Made by a program: the position numbers and the translations under genes. A DNA stretch of 64,000 bases from Thermoplasmatota archaeon (GTDB taxonomy: Archaea; Thermoplasmatota; Thermoplasmata; UBA10834), in assembly GCA_040751795.1 (NCBI GenBank), contig JBFMHR010000001.1, positions 64,001 through 128,000 on the forward strand. Direction: 5' to 3'. Shown here piece by piece: positions 54,729-63,025 of the stretch (positions within the stretch are counted from its first letter, which is position 1; each line of letters begins with the position of its first letter). The notes below the pieces were generated by a model. That model had not been told where the DNA came from. It saw only the letters and a program-made list of their open reading frames with translations, and made no database searches.

Positions 54729-56839
54729 CCACGGCCACCGTCCTTCCGCCCGGGCGCGGCCCCGGCCGCCTCCTCCTCCGCGGCCGGCTGCGCCGTCCCT
54801 GCGAGCGCCATGTGGGCGCGCCTGATCAGGCCGGTCGCGCCCGGCTCCGTGGGGTCGATGCCCAGCGCGGTCCTCGCGGCGTCCAGGGCCTCCTTCGGCC
54901 TGCCCATCCGCAGCCTCACCCGCGCGAGGGACTCCGACGACGTGTAGTCCGAGGGCTCCTCCCCGATGGCCTTGATGTACTCCGACTCCGCGGCCGCCAA
55001 CTCCCCCTTCGCCTCGGCGAGCTCCCCCTTCAGCCTGTGGGCGGCGGCGCACGAGACCCCCGAGAGCAGGGCCTCCACCTCGTCCTCGGGGAGCCCGGCC
55101 CTCGCGTACGCGCGCGCCTCGAGGTACGAGATGCGGGCGCGCGACGCGTCGTTGACCGAGACCCTCTCAAGGACGACGAGGGCCTCGTCGTGCATCCCCC
55201 TGTCGAGGAGGAGCTCGCAGTAGTCGAGGAGGACGCACGGGTCCCTCACCGACTCGAGGGCGTCCCTGAGGCCCTCAGGGATGGGCATCTGGGTGGACAC
55301 CCTCAGTATCTTGATGCAGTCGCTGCCGATCCCGGGGTCGAAGGTCCTCGTGGTCATGGCGTCGCAGAGGAGCTCGGTCGCCTCGGAGAACTTCCCGAGC
55401 CTCAGGAGGACGTTGCCCTTCCGCCTCAGCTGCGCCGACTCGCCCTGGGACCCGCTCCTCATCGGGGGGAACAGGTTCAGCGATGTCCTGTACGACGCCT
55501 CCGCCGCGAGCGAGTCGCCCATGGCGGAGAGGATGTCGCCCCTGTCCGCCCAGCCGTCGGCGTAGCCCGGGTTCACCGCCAGCGCCTCCTCGATCGCGTT
55601 CAGGGCCTCGTCCCAGCGGCCCAGCATCCGCGCGACCCTGGACTTGGCCTTCCAGGCCTCGTCGTAGTCCGGGTTGAGCGCTATCGACTCGAGTATGAGG
55701 TCGTACCCCTCCTCCGGCCTCCCCGTCATGGAGAGGCACATCCCCTTGGCGTAGAGGGCGTAGTCGAAGTCGGGGCGGATCTCGAGCGAGCGCTCGTGGA
55801 AGGGGATGGCCTCGGCCCACATGCCCATCTTCTCCAGGGCGTTGCCTATGTTGTTCCAGGCGATCTCGTAGTCCGGATCCACCTTCAGCGCCTCGACGAA
55901 GAGGGGGACTGAGTCGGCGAACCTCCCCAGGTTGTAGAGGGCGTTTCCCAGGTTGTTCCAGAGGACGCGGTCCCTGTGGTCGATCTCGAGGGCCTTCCTG
56001 TAGCACTCGACGGCCTCGTTCAGCCTCTCGGCGCCGTGGTACGCGTACCCCTTGTTGTACCATGCGTGCTTGTACCCAGGGTCGATGGCCAGGGCCCTGT
56101 CGAAGGCGGCGAGGGCCGGGTCGAGGAAGCCCGCGCAGAAGAGGGAGTAGCCCATGTTGTTGAGGATCTCCTTGTTGTTGGGCGACATGACAAGGGCCTT
56201 CTCGAACGACTGGACGGCCATGGCGAAGTTGCCGGACTCGTGGTACGCCGTCCCGAGCAGGGACATCGCCTCGGGCGAGTCGCCCCTGAGCCTCATGTGC
56301 TCCCTGCAGGCGTCCGCCGCCGCCTCGTAGAGGCCGAGGTCGAGCAGTATCTCCGCCGCCATAAGGTGGAGGGCGGGGTCCCTGGAGCCCGAGGAGAGCA
56401 TCCGGTCCACGACGGCCTTGGCGCGCCTCACCCTCCCGAGCTTGGAGTAGGAGTTGGCCAGGCCGGCGAGGTTCTGCACCCTCGACGGGTTGAGGGAGGA
56501 GGCCCGCTTGTAGGCGTCGGCGGCCCCCTCGAAGAGGCCCTGGGCGAGGAGGCAGTTGCCGAGGTTGTGCCAGGCGAGCTCGTAGCCCGGGGAGCGCTTG
56601 ACCGCGGCCATGTAGCCCTCGGCCGCGCGCCCGCACTGCCCGAGGGCGTCGAGGGCGGCGGCCCTGTTGTTGTGGGCCACCTCGGTGTCGACCCCCGACG
56701 CCATGGCCTCGTCGAAGAGGCTGAGCGCTCTGGGGTAGTCTCCTGCATCGTAGGCCGCGTTGGCCTGCTCCAGTAGGGCCGATGCGCCCAGCTTCCTGGT
56801 CGCCCCGGCTTCGTCGGAGGGGGTCACTCGGGTTACCAT
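54725..56839 (-). CDS. Tetratricopeptide repeat protein
   Basis: Many TPR units (AWHNLGN, AWYNKG, LWNNLGN, AWNNIGN). Confidence 0.9.
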   Translation of the reverse strand: MVTRVTPSDEAGATRKLGASALLEQANAAYDAGDYPRALSLFDEAMASGVDTEVAHNNRAAALDALGQCGRAAEGYMAAVKRSPGYELAWHNLGNCLLAQGLFEGAADAYKRASSLNPSRVQNLAGLANSYSKLGRVRRAKAVVDRMLSSGSRDPALHLMAAEILLDLGLYEAAADACREHMRLRGDSPEAMSLLGTAYHESGNFAMAVQSFEKALVMSPNNKEILNNMGYSLFCAGFLDPALAAFDRALAIDPGYKHAWYNKGYAYHGAERLNEAVECYRKALEIDHRDRVLWNNLGNALYNLGRFADSVPLFVEALKVDPDYEIAWNNIGNALEKMGMWAEAIPFHERSLEIRPDFDYALYAKGMCLSMTGRPEEGYDLILESIALNPDYDEAWKAKSRVARMLGRWDEALNAIEEALAVNPGYADGWADRGDILSAMGDSLAAEASYRTSLNLFPPMRSGSQGESAQLRRKGNVLLRLGKFSEATELLCDAMTTRTFDPGIGSDCIKILRVSTQMPIPEGLRDALESVRDPCVLLDYCELLLDRGMHDEALVVLERVSVNDASRARISYLEARAYARAGLPEDEVEALLSGVSCAAAHRLKGELAEAKGELAAAESEYIKAIGEEPSDYTSSESLARVRLRMGRPKEALDAARTALGIDPTEPGATGLIRRAHMALAGTAQPAAEEEAAGAAPGRKDGGRG

Positions 56840-56939
56840 GACGTAATTGGTAGATATCCTTTTCCCGGTTCCGCCATTCGCGACGTTTGGCCAAAGCTTA
56901 TATCAGGATTAGATTATAATTAGCTGGAGCGGTGTCTAG

Positions 56940-57728
56940 ATGCTGGTTCTGTTCGGGCGCACCCCCAGGTCCATGGTGACGGCCTTCCTGGTCAGCAGGA
57001 ACACGGGGGCGAAGCCGGCCCTCAGGGAGCAGGGGAGGCAGTTCTACTTCGACGAGACGCTCGACGCGGACGCCGTTGACTACGACGCCCAGTACAAGGA
57101 GTTCCGGGAGAGGTTCGGCGGCCTCGACTTCCTGGAGGACGAGAAGCTGTACGAGATAGTCGAGGACGAGGTGTTCTGGGCCTCCAGGTACAGCTCCCCC
57201 GACAGGTTCGTCCTGATCTTCACCGTCCTCGGGCAGATCGAGAAGGAGGGCACCAGGGCCTACCTCGCCCAGAGGAGCCCCGAGGCCAAGGAGATGAAGG
57301 ACCGCATAAGGCGCGTGGTCGGGGAGTTCCGGAGGGCGAAGGTGTTCATCACGTTCCAGGAGGACGAGAGGAACAAGGTCCTGATAGGCAAGGCGGGCCT
57401 GGAGCACGACATCGCGGACCTCGTCCTCAGGCACTTCGCCAAGAAGCGCCCCGGCTACTCCGTCGCCCTGCTGGGGGACGACACCGTCCACATATGCTAC
57501 AACGACGAGATCCTCGTGGACGCGAGGGGCAGGTTCCCGGAGAGGATCTCGAGGAAGGACTCGGGGAGGTACTGGACCATGATGACGGACGTCAAGCACC
57601 TCGAGTCGAGGAGGGACCCCAAGTACTCCGCGGAGCCCCTACCGAAGAACTACTGGAAGTGGGTCGCCGAGGGGGCGCAGGACGAGCAGCCGCGCCCGAA
57701 GGTCACCCTGGAGGACTTCGGGGCCTGA
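56940..57728 (+). CDS. DUF4130-like putative DNA-metabolism protein
   Basis: RRV..E..RAK.FI.F, HDIADLVLRHFAKK, PKNYWK pattern. Confidence 0.6.
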   Translation: MLVLFGRTPRSMVTAFLVSRNTGAKPALREQGRQFYFDETLDADAVDYDAQYKEFRERFGGLDFLEDEKLYEIVEDEVFWASRYSSPDRFVLIFTVLGQIEKEGTRAYLAQRSPEAKEMKDRIRRVVGEFRRAKVFITFQEDERNKVLIGKAGLEHDIADLVLRHFAKKRPGYSVALLGDDTVHICYNDEILVDARGRFPERISRKDSGRYWTMMTDVKHLESRRDPKYSAEPLPKNYWKWVAEGAQDEQPRPKVTLEDFGA

Positions 57729-57827
57729 TGGCGGCGGGCCGGCGCCCTCCCAGGCCGGCGGAGCCAGCCGAAAAGTTACTTAAGGCGCGATATCGTTCGA
57801 GTATGGGCACACACCTGAGGGAATCAG

Positions 57828-58547
57828 TTGAGGAACCCCACCCCCTGCGTCGGCCCCGAGGAGATCGGCGTCCTGATGGACCTCCTCAGCCACGACATGC
57901 TCAACAACAACCAGGCGACCCTGAGCTACCTCGAGCTGATACACTCCTCCAAGGTGGACAGGAGGACCAGGGAGTTCGCCGAGAAGGCGGCGTCCCAGGT
58001 CCACACGTCCTCCATGCTCCTGGACAGCATCAGGCGCTTCGTGACGTCGTCCAGGGCCGGGCCCCTCGCGGCCAGGCCCGTCGACCTGAAGGCAGCCCTC
58101 GCGGGGGTCGCCCGCGAGATCCCCGAGATGTTCCCGCACAAGCGCGTGACGGTGGACGCATCCGGCCTGGAGGCGGGGACGGAAGTCCTCGGAGGACAGA
58201 GCGTCAGCGACCTGTTCATGAACCTCATAGCCAACCTGGTGCAGCTCGACCCCGGCGAGGAGGTCCGCGTCCAGGTGCGGCCCTGCGGCAGGGACCGCGG
58301 GGCCCAGGGCGCCGTGAAGGTCGAAGTGGCCGCGCCGACGGCCGCGCTGCCGCAGGGGGTCGGGGATGACATCTTCGCCCACGCCAGGGCGGAGGACCTC
58401 TCGAAGATGTCGAGGGTGTCGGGAGCCGTGTTCGCGGGGAGCGTAGCCAGGGCCCTGGGGGGGTCCGTCTCCGCCTGCGCGCCGGGGACGAAGAGGGGGC
58501 GCGGCTGCGTCTTCGAGGTCACGCTGAAGGGGGCGGGCCGGGCATGA
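57828..58547 (+). CDS. Histidine-kinase-like protein with degenerate ATPase domain (possible phosphotransferase)
   Basis: H-box SHDMLNNNQ intact; N-box NLIANLVQ; G1/G2 glycine boxes absent; no sensor domain. Confidence 0.7.
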   Translation: MRNPTPCVGPEEIGVLMDLLSHDMLNNNQATLSYLELIHSSKVDRRTREFAEKAASQVHTSSMLLDSIRRFVTSSRAGPLAARPVDLKAALAGVAREIPEMFPHKRVTVDASGLEAGTEVLGGQSVSDLFMNLIANLVQLDPGEEVRVQVRPCGRDRGAQGAVKVEVAAPTAALPQGVGDDIFAHARAEDLSKMSRVSGAVFAGSVARALGGSVSACAPGTKRGRGCVFEVTLKGAGRA

Positions 58548-58906
58548 CGTCGGTCATGATAGTGGACGACGAGCTCTTCATCGTGGAGCTCTACAGGGAC
58601 ATACTCCAGCTCAGGGGATACAAGGTCGTGGGCACGGCCTTCGACGGGGAGGAGGCCGTGAGGAGGTACAGGGCGCTGCCCGAGAAGCCCGACGTCATAA
58701 TAATGGACCACCGCATGCCCGTGATGAACGGCGTCGAGGCGACCAAGGAGATCATACGCGGCAACCCCGCCCAGAAGATCATCTTCGTGAGCGCAGACGT
58801 GCTCATAGAGAAGGACGCGCGCGACGCGGGCGCTGCGGAGTTCCTCCCCAAGCCGTTCCGGATGGACGACCTCATAGAGAAGATGCAGAGGGTGTCGGCC
58901 TCCTGA
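58544..58906 (+). CDS. Single-domain response regulator (CheY-like)
   Basis: IVDDE, MDHRMPVMNG, VSA, LPKPF; ATGA overlap. Confidence 0.93.
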   Translation: MTSVMIVDDELFIVELYRDILQLRGYKVVGTAFDGEEAVRRYRALPEKPDVIIMDHRMPVMNGVEATKEIIRGNPAQKIIFVSADVLIEKDARDAGAAEFLPKPFRMDDLIEKMQRVSAS

Positions 58907-59001
58907 GCGGGGCGTGCTGGCAGATTTATTCTTGCGTGACGATACATCCCGATAAGTTGAAGAACAGGACGAGCATATTACTGCGAAGGTAGGGCGTCCC
59001 G

Positions 59002-60063
59002 ATGGATGGATTCAAGAAGGTCCGCGCGATGAGCTTCCCGAGGCAGGTCCTCACCGGGCACGACGTCATCGGCCAGGCGGGGTCCATGTGCGAGGAGTTC
59101 GAGTTCCAGGGGACCGGCCTGATAGTCACCGGGCAGACGACCGGGGAGCTCGCGGCCAGGCAGGTCGAGCAGATCCTCAGGGACAAGGGGTTCGAGGTCC
59201 AGTCCATCGTCGTCGGTGAGGCGAGCAGGGGCAACCTCGTCAAGGTCGAGGAGGTGGCCAAGGACGTCAAGGCCTCGTTCCTCCTGGGCGTGGGCGGGGG
59301 CAGCAAGATAGACCTCGCCAAGCTCGCCTCGTTCAACCTGAAGATGCCCTTCCTGAGCGTCCCGACCTCCGCCTCGCACGACGGCATCGCCAGCCCAAGG
59401 GCCTCGATCAAGGACGGGGGCAACTCCCTCTCCCTGAACGCCAGCGTCCCCATGGGCGTCATAGCGGACACCAAGGTCATCTTCAAGGCGCCCTACAGGC
59501 TCCTCGCCTCCGGGTGCGCCGACGTCATATCCAACACCGCGGCCATCCTGGACTGGCAGCTCGCGGACCGCCTCAGGAGCGAGTTCATCAGCTCCAGCGC
59601 GGCGAGCCTCGCCAAGTACGCGGCCGAGGCGATCATAGAGAACGCGGCCGCGATCAAGCCCAACCTCGAGGAGAGCGTTTGGGTCGCCATACGGCCCATT
59701 ATCATCTCCGGCATCTCCATGGCCGTGGCGGGCTCGTCGCGCCCGACGAGCGGCTCCGAGCACATGTTCTCTCACGTTCTCGACAGGATCGCGCCCGGCA
59801 AGGCCCTCCACGGGGAGCAGTGCGGCGTCGGTTCGATCATGATGATGTACCTGCACGGGGGGGACTGGCAGCGCATACGGGACGCCCTCCAACTCATAGG
59901 CGCGCCCACGAGCGCCGGGGAGCTCGGGGTGACGAGGGAGCAGGTCATAGACGCTCTCGTGCACGCGCACGAGCTGCGGAAGGACCGGTACACCATCCTG
60001 GGGGACCGCGGGCTCACGCCCGACGCGGCGGAACGCCTGGCGACGATCACGAAAGTGATATGA
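59002..60063 (+). CDS. egsA: sn-glycerol-1-phosphate dehydrogenase
   Basis: GVGGGSKID, PTSASHDGIASP, SSRPTSGSEH, HGEQCG. Confidence 0.95.
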   Translation: MDGFKKVRAMSFPRQVLTGHDVIGQAGSMCEEFEFQGTGLIVTGQTTGELAARQVEQILRDKGFEVQSIVVGEASRGNLVKVEEVAKDVKASFLLGVGGGSKIDLAKLASFNLKMPFLSVPTSASHDGIASPRASIKDGGNSLSLNASVPMGVIADTKVIFKAPYRLLASGCADVISNTAAILDWQLADRLRSEFISSSAASLAKYAAEAIIENAAAIKPNLEESVWVAIRPIIISGISMAVAGSSRPTSGSEHMFSHVLDRIAPGKALHGEQCGVGSIMMMYLHGGDWQRIRDALQLIGAPTSAGELGVTREQVIDALVHAHELRKDRYTILGDRGLTPDAAERLATITKVI

Positions 60064-60078
60064 TGGGAGGTATCGGCA

Positions 60079-60507
60079 ATGGTGCTTGTGACGGTCGTCG
60101 GAGAGCTTCAGTGCAGGAAGGGCTTCGAGTTCGCCTTCTCGGGGCCCCTGGCTGAGTGCAGGGACTGCAAGGTCAGGAACGTCTGCTTCCACCTCGAGGA
60201 GAACAAGTGGTACAGGGTCACCGAGGTCAGGGAGGTCCACCACGAGTGCAAGGTGCACGAGGGGGGCGTGAGGGTCGTCGAGGTCGAGCGGGTGCCGACC
60301 AGGGCGGCCATACCCGCCAGGACCGCGCTGGAGGGGTCCATGATCACGTGGGAGGGGAGCGACTGCGACGCCGTCGGCTGCCCCAACTACAGGCTCTGCT
60401 GCCCGGCCGGCGCCTCCGACGGGATGAGGTACAAGGTCCTCTCCGTCGAGCCCTCCGAGGTGGTCTGCCCCAGGGCGAGGAGCCTCAGGGTCGTCTCGCT
60501 CGAATGA
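60079..60507 (+). CDS. UPF0179 family protein
   Basis: VTVVG....KG.EF, CRDCKVRNVC, HECKVHEGGV, C...CP....C.P. Confidence 0.87.
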   Translation: MVLVTVVGELQCRKGFEFAFSGPLAECRDCKVRNVCFHLEENKWYRVTEVREVHHECKVHEGGVRVVEVERVPTRAAIPARTALEGSMITWEGSDCDAVGCPNYRLCCPAGASDGMRYKVLSVEPSEVVCPRARSLRVVSLE

Positions 60508-62215
60508 GCAGGAAGACCGCCAGTACCGCTGCCACCGGTATCAGCAGGGCGGGGAACTCGGGTATCGCCGTCCCCTGGACCCACACCGTCACCGTGTCGG
60601 TGTCGGAGCTCCCCTGGGCGTCCGTGACCGTGAGCGTCACCGGGTAGACGCCCTCGGTCCAGAAGGTGAACGCGGGCGACACTCCGTAGACCGAGACGTC
60701 CGAGCCGTTGTAGACGAAGGTCCATGTGTAGTTCGTTATCCCGCCGTCGTCCGTCGAGTCGGACGCGTCGAACGCCACCTCGGCGCCCGGGGCGCTGCTG
60801 ATGTCGTCCCCGGCGTCGGCCACCGGCGCCGCGTTCAGGGACTCCGTGACCGTGAAGGAATGCACCTCGTACGGCGCGTATCTCGGGCTCATGAGCTCGA
60901 CCCCCCCGAGGTCGTGCGCGACGATGTAGTACTCCACCGTCGAGCCGGCGGCCTGCGAGGGTATCGTGCCCGAGTAGGAGTCGTTGGAGGCCCCCTGGGC
61001 CATGGGCGACTCGGCCCATGCGCCGCCGTCCACCCTGTAGAGCACGCCGAGGTCCGAGGCGTCGACGCCCCTGCCCGCGGTGATCTCCGCCTCCACCTCG
61101 TGGCCCAGGGCGGAGAACTCCGAGTCGCCGAGGGGCGTGTGGGATATGGCAAAAGGCGCCTGGTAGCGGTCACCGCACAGCTCTATCCCGAGGAGGGTGG
61201 GGGCGTAGTTCTCGTACACTATCTCGAGGACGTCCTCCTCCCACTCCGGGTGGAACTCGGTCGCGCCCATCTCGAACAGGAACGCGAAGATGCCCAGGCT
61301 GCCGTAGAGCCAGTCCAGGGAGTCGCCCGTGGTCGCGTACATGTCCACCGACTGCGCCGCGGTGTAGCCGTTCAGGGCGGCCAGCTGCTGCCCTATGTCG
61401 ACGAAGTGATCGTCGTCGGCCGTGAGGTTGGCCGTGTACCCCCAGGGCCACATGACCGAGTCATCATAGGTGTGGAAGTCGAACGCGATCTGGAAGTCGT
61501 GGGCCCGCGCGAGGTCGCGCACCGCCTGCGTCTCCGGCTCGGAGAACGGCTCCTCGCCGCAGTAGACATCGGACGATGTGAGGTCGGAGGTGCCCGCCCC
61601 GCCCCAGGCCCCCAGCGGGTCCCCGTTCTCGGAGCCGTTGTAGTTCCTGTTGAGGTCTACCCCGAACGTGCCGTCGAGGTTGTCCCTCCTGTTCTTCCTC
61701 CACATGTCGTCCACCGTGAGGGCGTAGTCCAGCCCGTCCGGGTTGACCACCGGGACGATCCATATCTCCCGGTTGTCTATGAGCCAGCTGACCCTGGCGT
61801 CGAGGCCGTAGCCCTCCGTGAGGTTCTCGATGACGTTGAGGGCGGTCTCGTGCGTCGGCCACTCCCGCGCGTGGTGCAGGGCCACCAGGAGGAACTCGGG
61901 CTCGTCCTCATCGACGCCCGCGTTGTCGGAGATCTTGATGGCGAGTATGTCCCGGTCCGCCACGGCGGCGGTCTTCTCCCAGCTGTCGCCGATGTCGTAG
62001 AGCGCGGCGATGTCCGGGTGGTCGGCCACGGTCTGCTCGAGTATCTGCTTGACCTCGGTGTAGTTCCTGTACCCGTAGTTCACGGGGGGCCCCGCCGTCG
62101 GGGCGGATGCCGCAGGTGCAGCATCGTCCCCTCCCGATGCAGGAGCAGCCAATACCGCTGATACCATCAGAGCGGCCACAAGCACGATCGATGCCGGAAG
62201 TATCCCAGAACTCAT
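60485..62215 (-). CDS. Secreted M14 zinc carboxypeptidase (carboxypeptidase T-like) with PKD domain and PEF-CTERM
   Basis: Signal peptide; HHARE, NPDG, WRKNR, DLNRN, FSEPET, DFHTY; PKD motif; IPEFPALL...RARRP. Confidence 0.92.
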   Translation of the reverse strand: MSSGILPASIVLVAALMVSAVLAAPASGGDDAAPAASAPTAGPPVNYGYRNYTEVKQILEQTVADHPDIAALYDIGDSWEKTAAVADRDILAIKISDNAGVDEDEPEFLLVALHHAREWPTHETALNVIENLTEGYGLDARVSWLIDNREIWIVPVVNPDGLDYALTVDDMWRKNRRDNLDGTFGVDLNRNYNGSENGDPLGAWGGAGTSDLTSSDVYCGEEPFSEPETQAVRDLARAHDFQIAFDFHTYDDSVMWPWGYTANLTADDDHFVDIGQQLAALNGYTAAQSVDMYATTGDSLDWLYGSLGIFAFLFEMGATEFHPEWEEDVLEIVYENYAPTLLGIELCGDRYQAPFAISHTPLGDSEFSALGHEVEAEITAGRGVDASDLGVLYRVDGGAWAESPMAQGASNDSYSGTIPSQAAGSTVEYYIVAHDLGGVELMSPRYAPYEVHSFTVTESLNAAPVADAGDDISSAPGAEVAFDASDSTDDGGITNYTWTFVYNGSDVSVYGVSPAFTFWTEGVYPVTLTVTDAQGSSDTDTVTVWVQGTAIPEFPALLIPVAAVLAVFLLIRARRP

Positions 62216-62321
62216 GTCCCCCCACCGTCGAATCTAATCTAGCAGAGTCAGTATGACCTTATTGCGCCGTGAACGGCCTTATGCAGCGACGGGTATAAGC
62301 AGGTTCTGCAACGCCCCGCGC

Positions 62322-62567
62322 TCAGCCGCCAGTCACCGGGGGCAGGAAGGACACCTCATCCCCCTCCTTCAGGACCCTCGACGGGGCACCGTACTCGCGG
62401 TTCACGGAGAGGATGATGTGCTCCCGGTAGCGCTCGAGGGCGGGGAACCGGCGTATGTATTCGTCCAGCAGTCCGCTGACGGTGGTCCCGGGAGGGAGAT
62501 CCAGGTCCTCCTCCTTCATGCCTACCACCTCTCTGAACGCCGCGAAGAGCTTGACCTTCACGTTCAC
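62322..62567 (-). CDS. MoaD/SAMP ubiquitin-like sulfur-carrier protein
   Basis: KLFAAFRE, LKEGDEVSFLPPVTGG C-terminal di-Gly. Confidence 0.92.
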   Translation of the reverse strand: MNVKVKLFAAFREVVGMKEEDLDLPPGTTVSGLLDEYIRRFPALERYREHIILSVNREYGAPSRVLKEGDEVSFLPPVTGG

Positions 62568-62752
62568 CGCATCACCTGTCCGTCGCGCCGAGTGGTTAAT
62601 GGCAGACCCTTATACATACTGTGCGCCGTAGCGATCTCATGAGGAGGGAGGGCAGTGGAACTGCGGGTGGGCGGGACCGCACAGACCGGTGTCTGTCGAA
62701 CTCCATCGGAAATCCATCCTGTGAAGGAGGGATTGCGCATCTGGAACAGAGT

Positions 62753-62829
62753 ATTGATAACAATATTGGTAACAATACGGATAACAAATCGCCCCGGCGG
62801 CCCGTGAGGATGTCGGAGTCTGTTACCAA
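62753..62829. promoter_or_regulatory. Tandem quasi-palindromic operator-like repeats upstream of nrdJ
   Basis: ATTGATAACAAT ATTGGTAACAAT ACGGATAACAAA (62753-62788) plus inverted TGTTACCAA (62821-62829), just before TATA-like TTTAAAT. Confidence 0.55.
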
Positions 62830-63025
62830 GTCTTGTCGGAAAACTTCTTTAAATCATCCCCGCTCATTCGCCTCTCTGCACGCAGCCGCAAAGCTTTTCA
62901 CCTCTGTTTACAGACTGAAGTGGGGGAGGAGGACTCAGCCCACCTTCGCGAGCGGAGGGGGAAGCCATCAACCCGTGCGCCCACCGCACCTGTAGGGAGA
63001 GTACAGGTACGCCAGAGGGGGAGAA

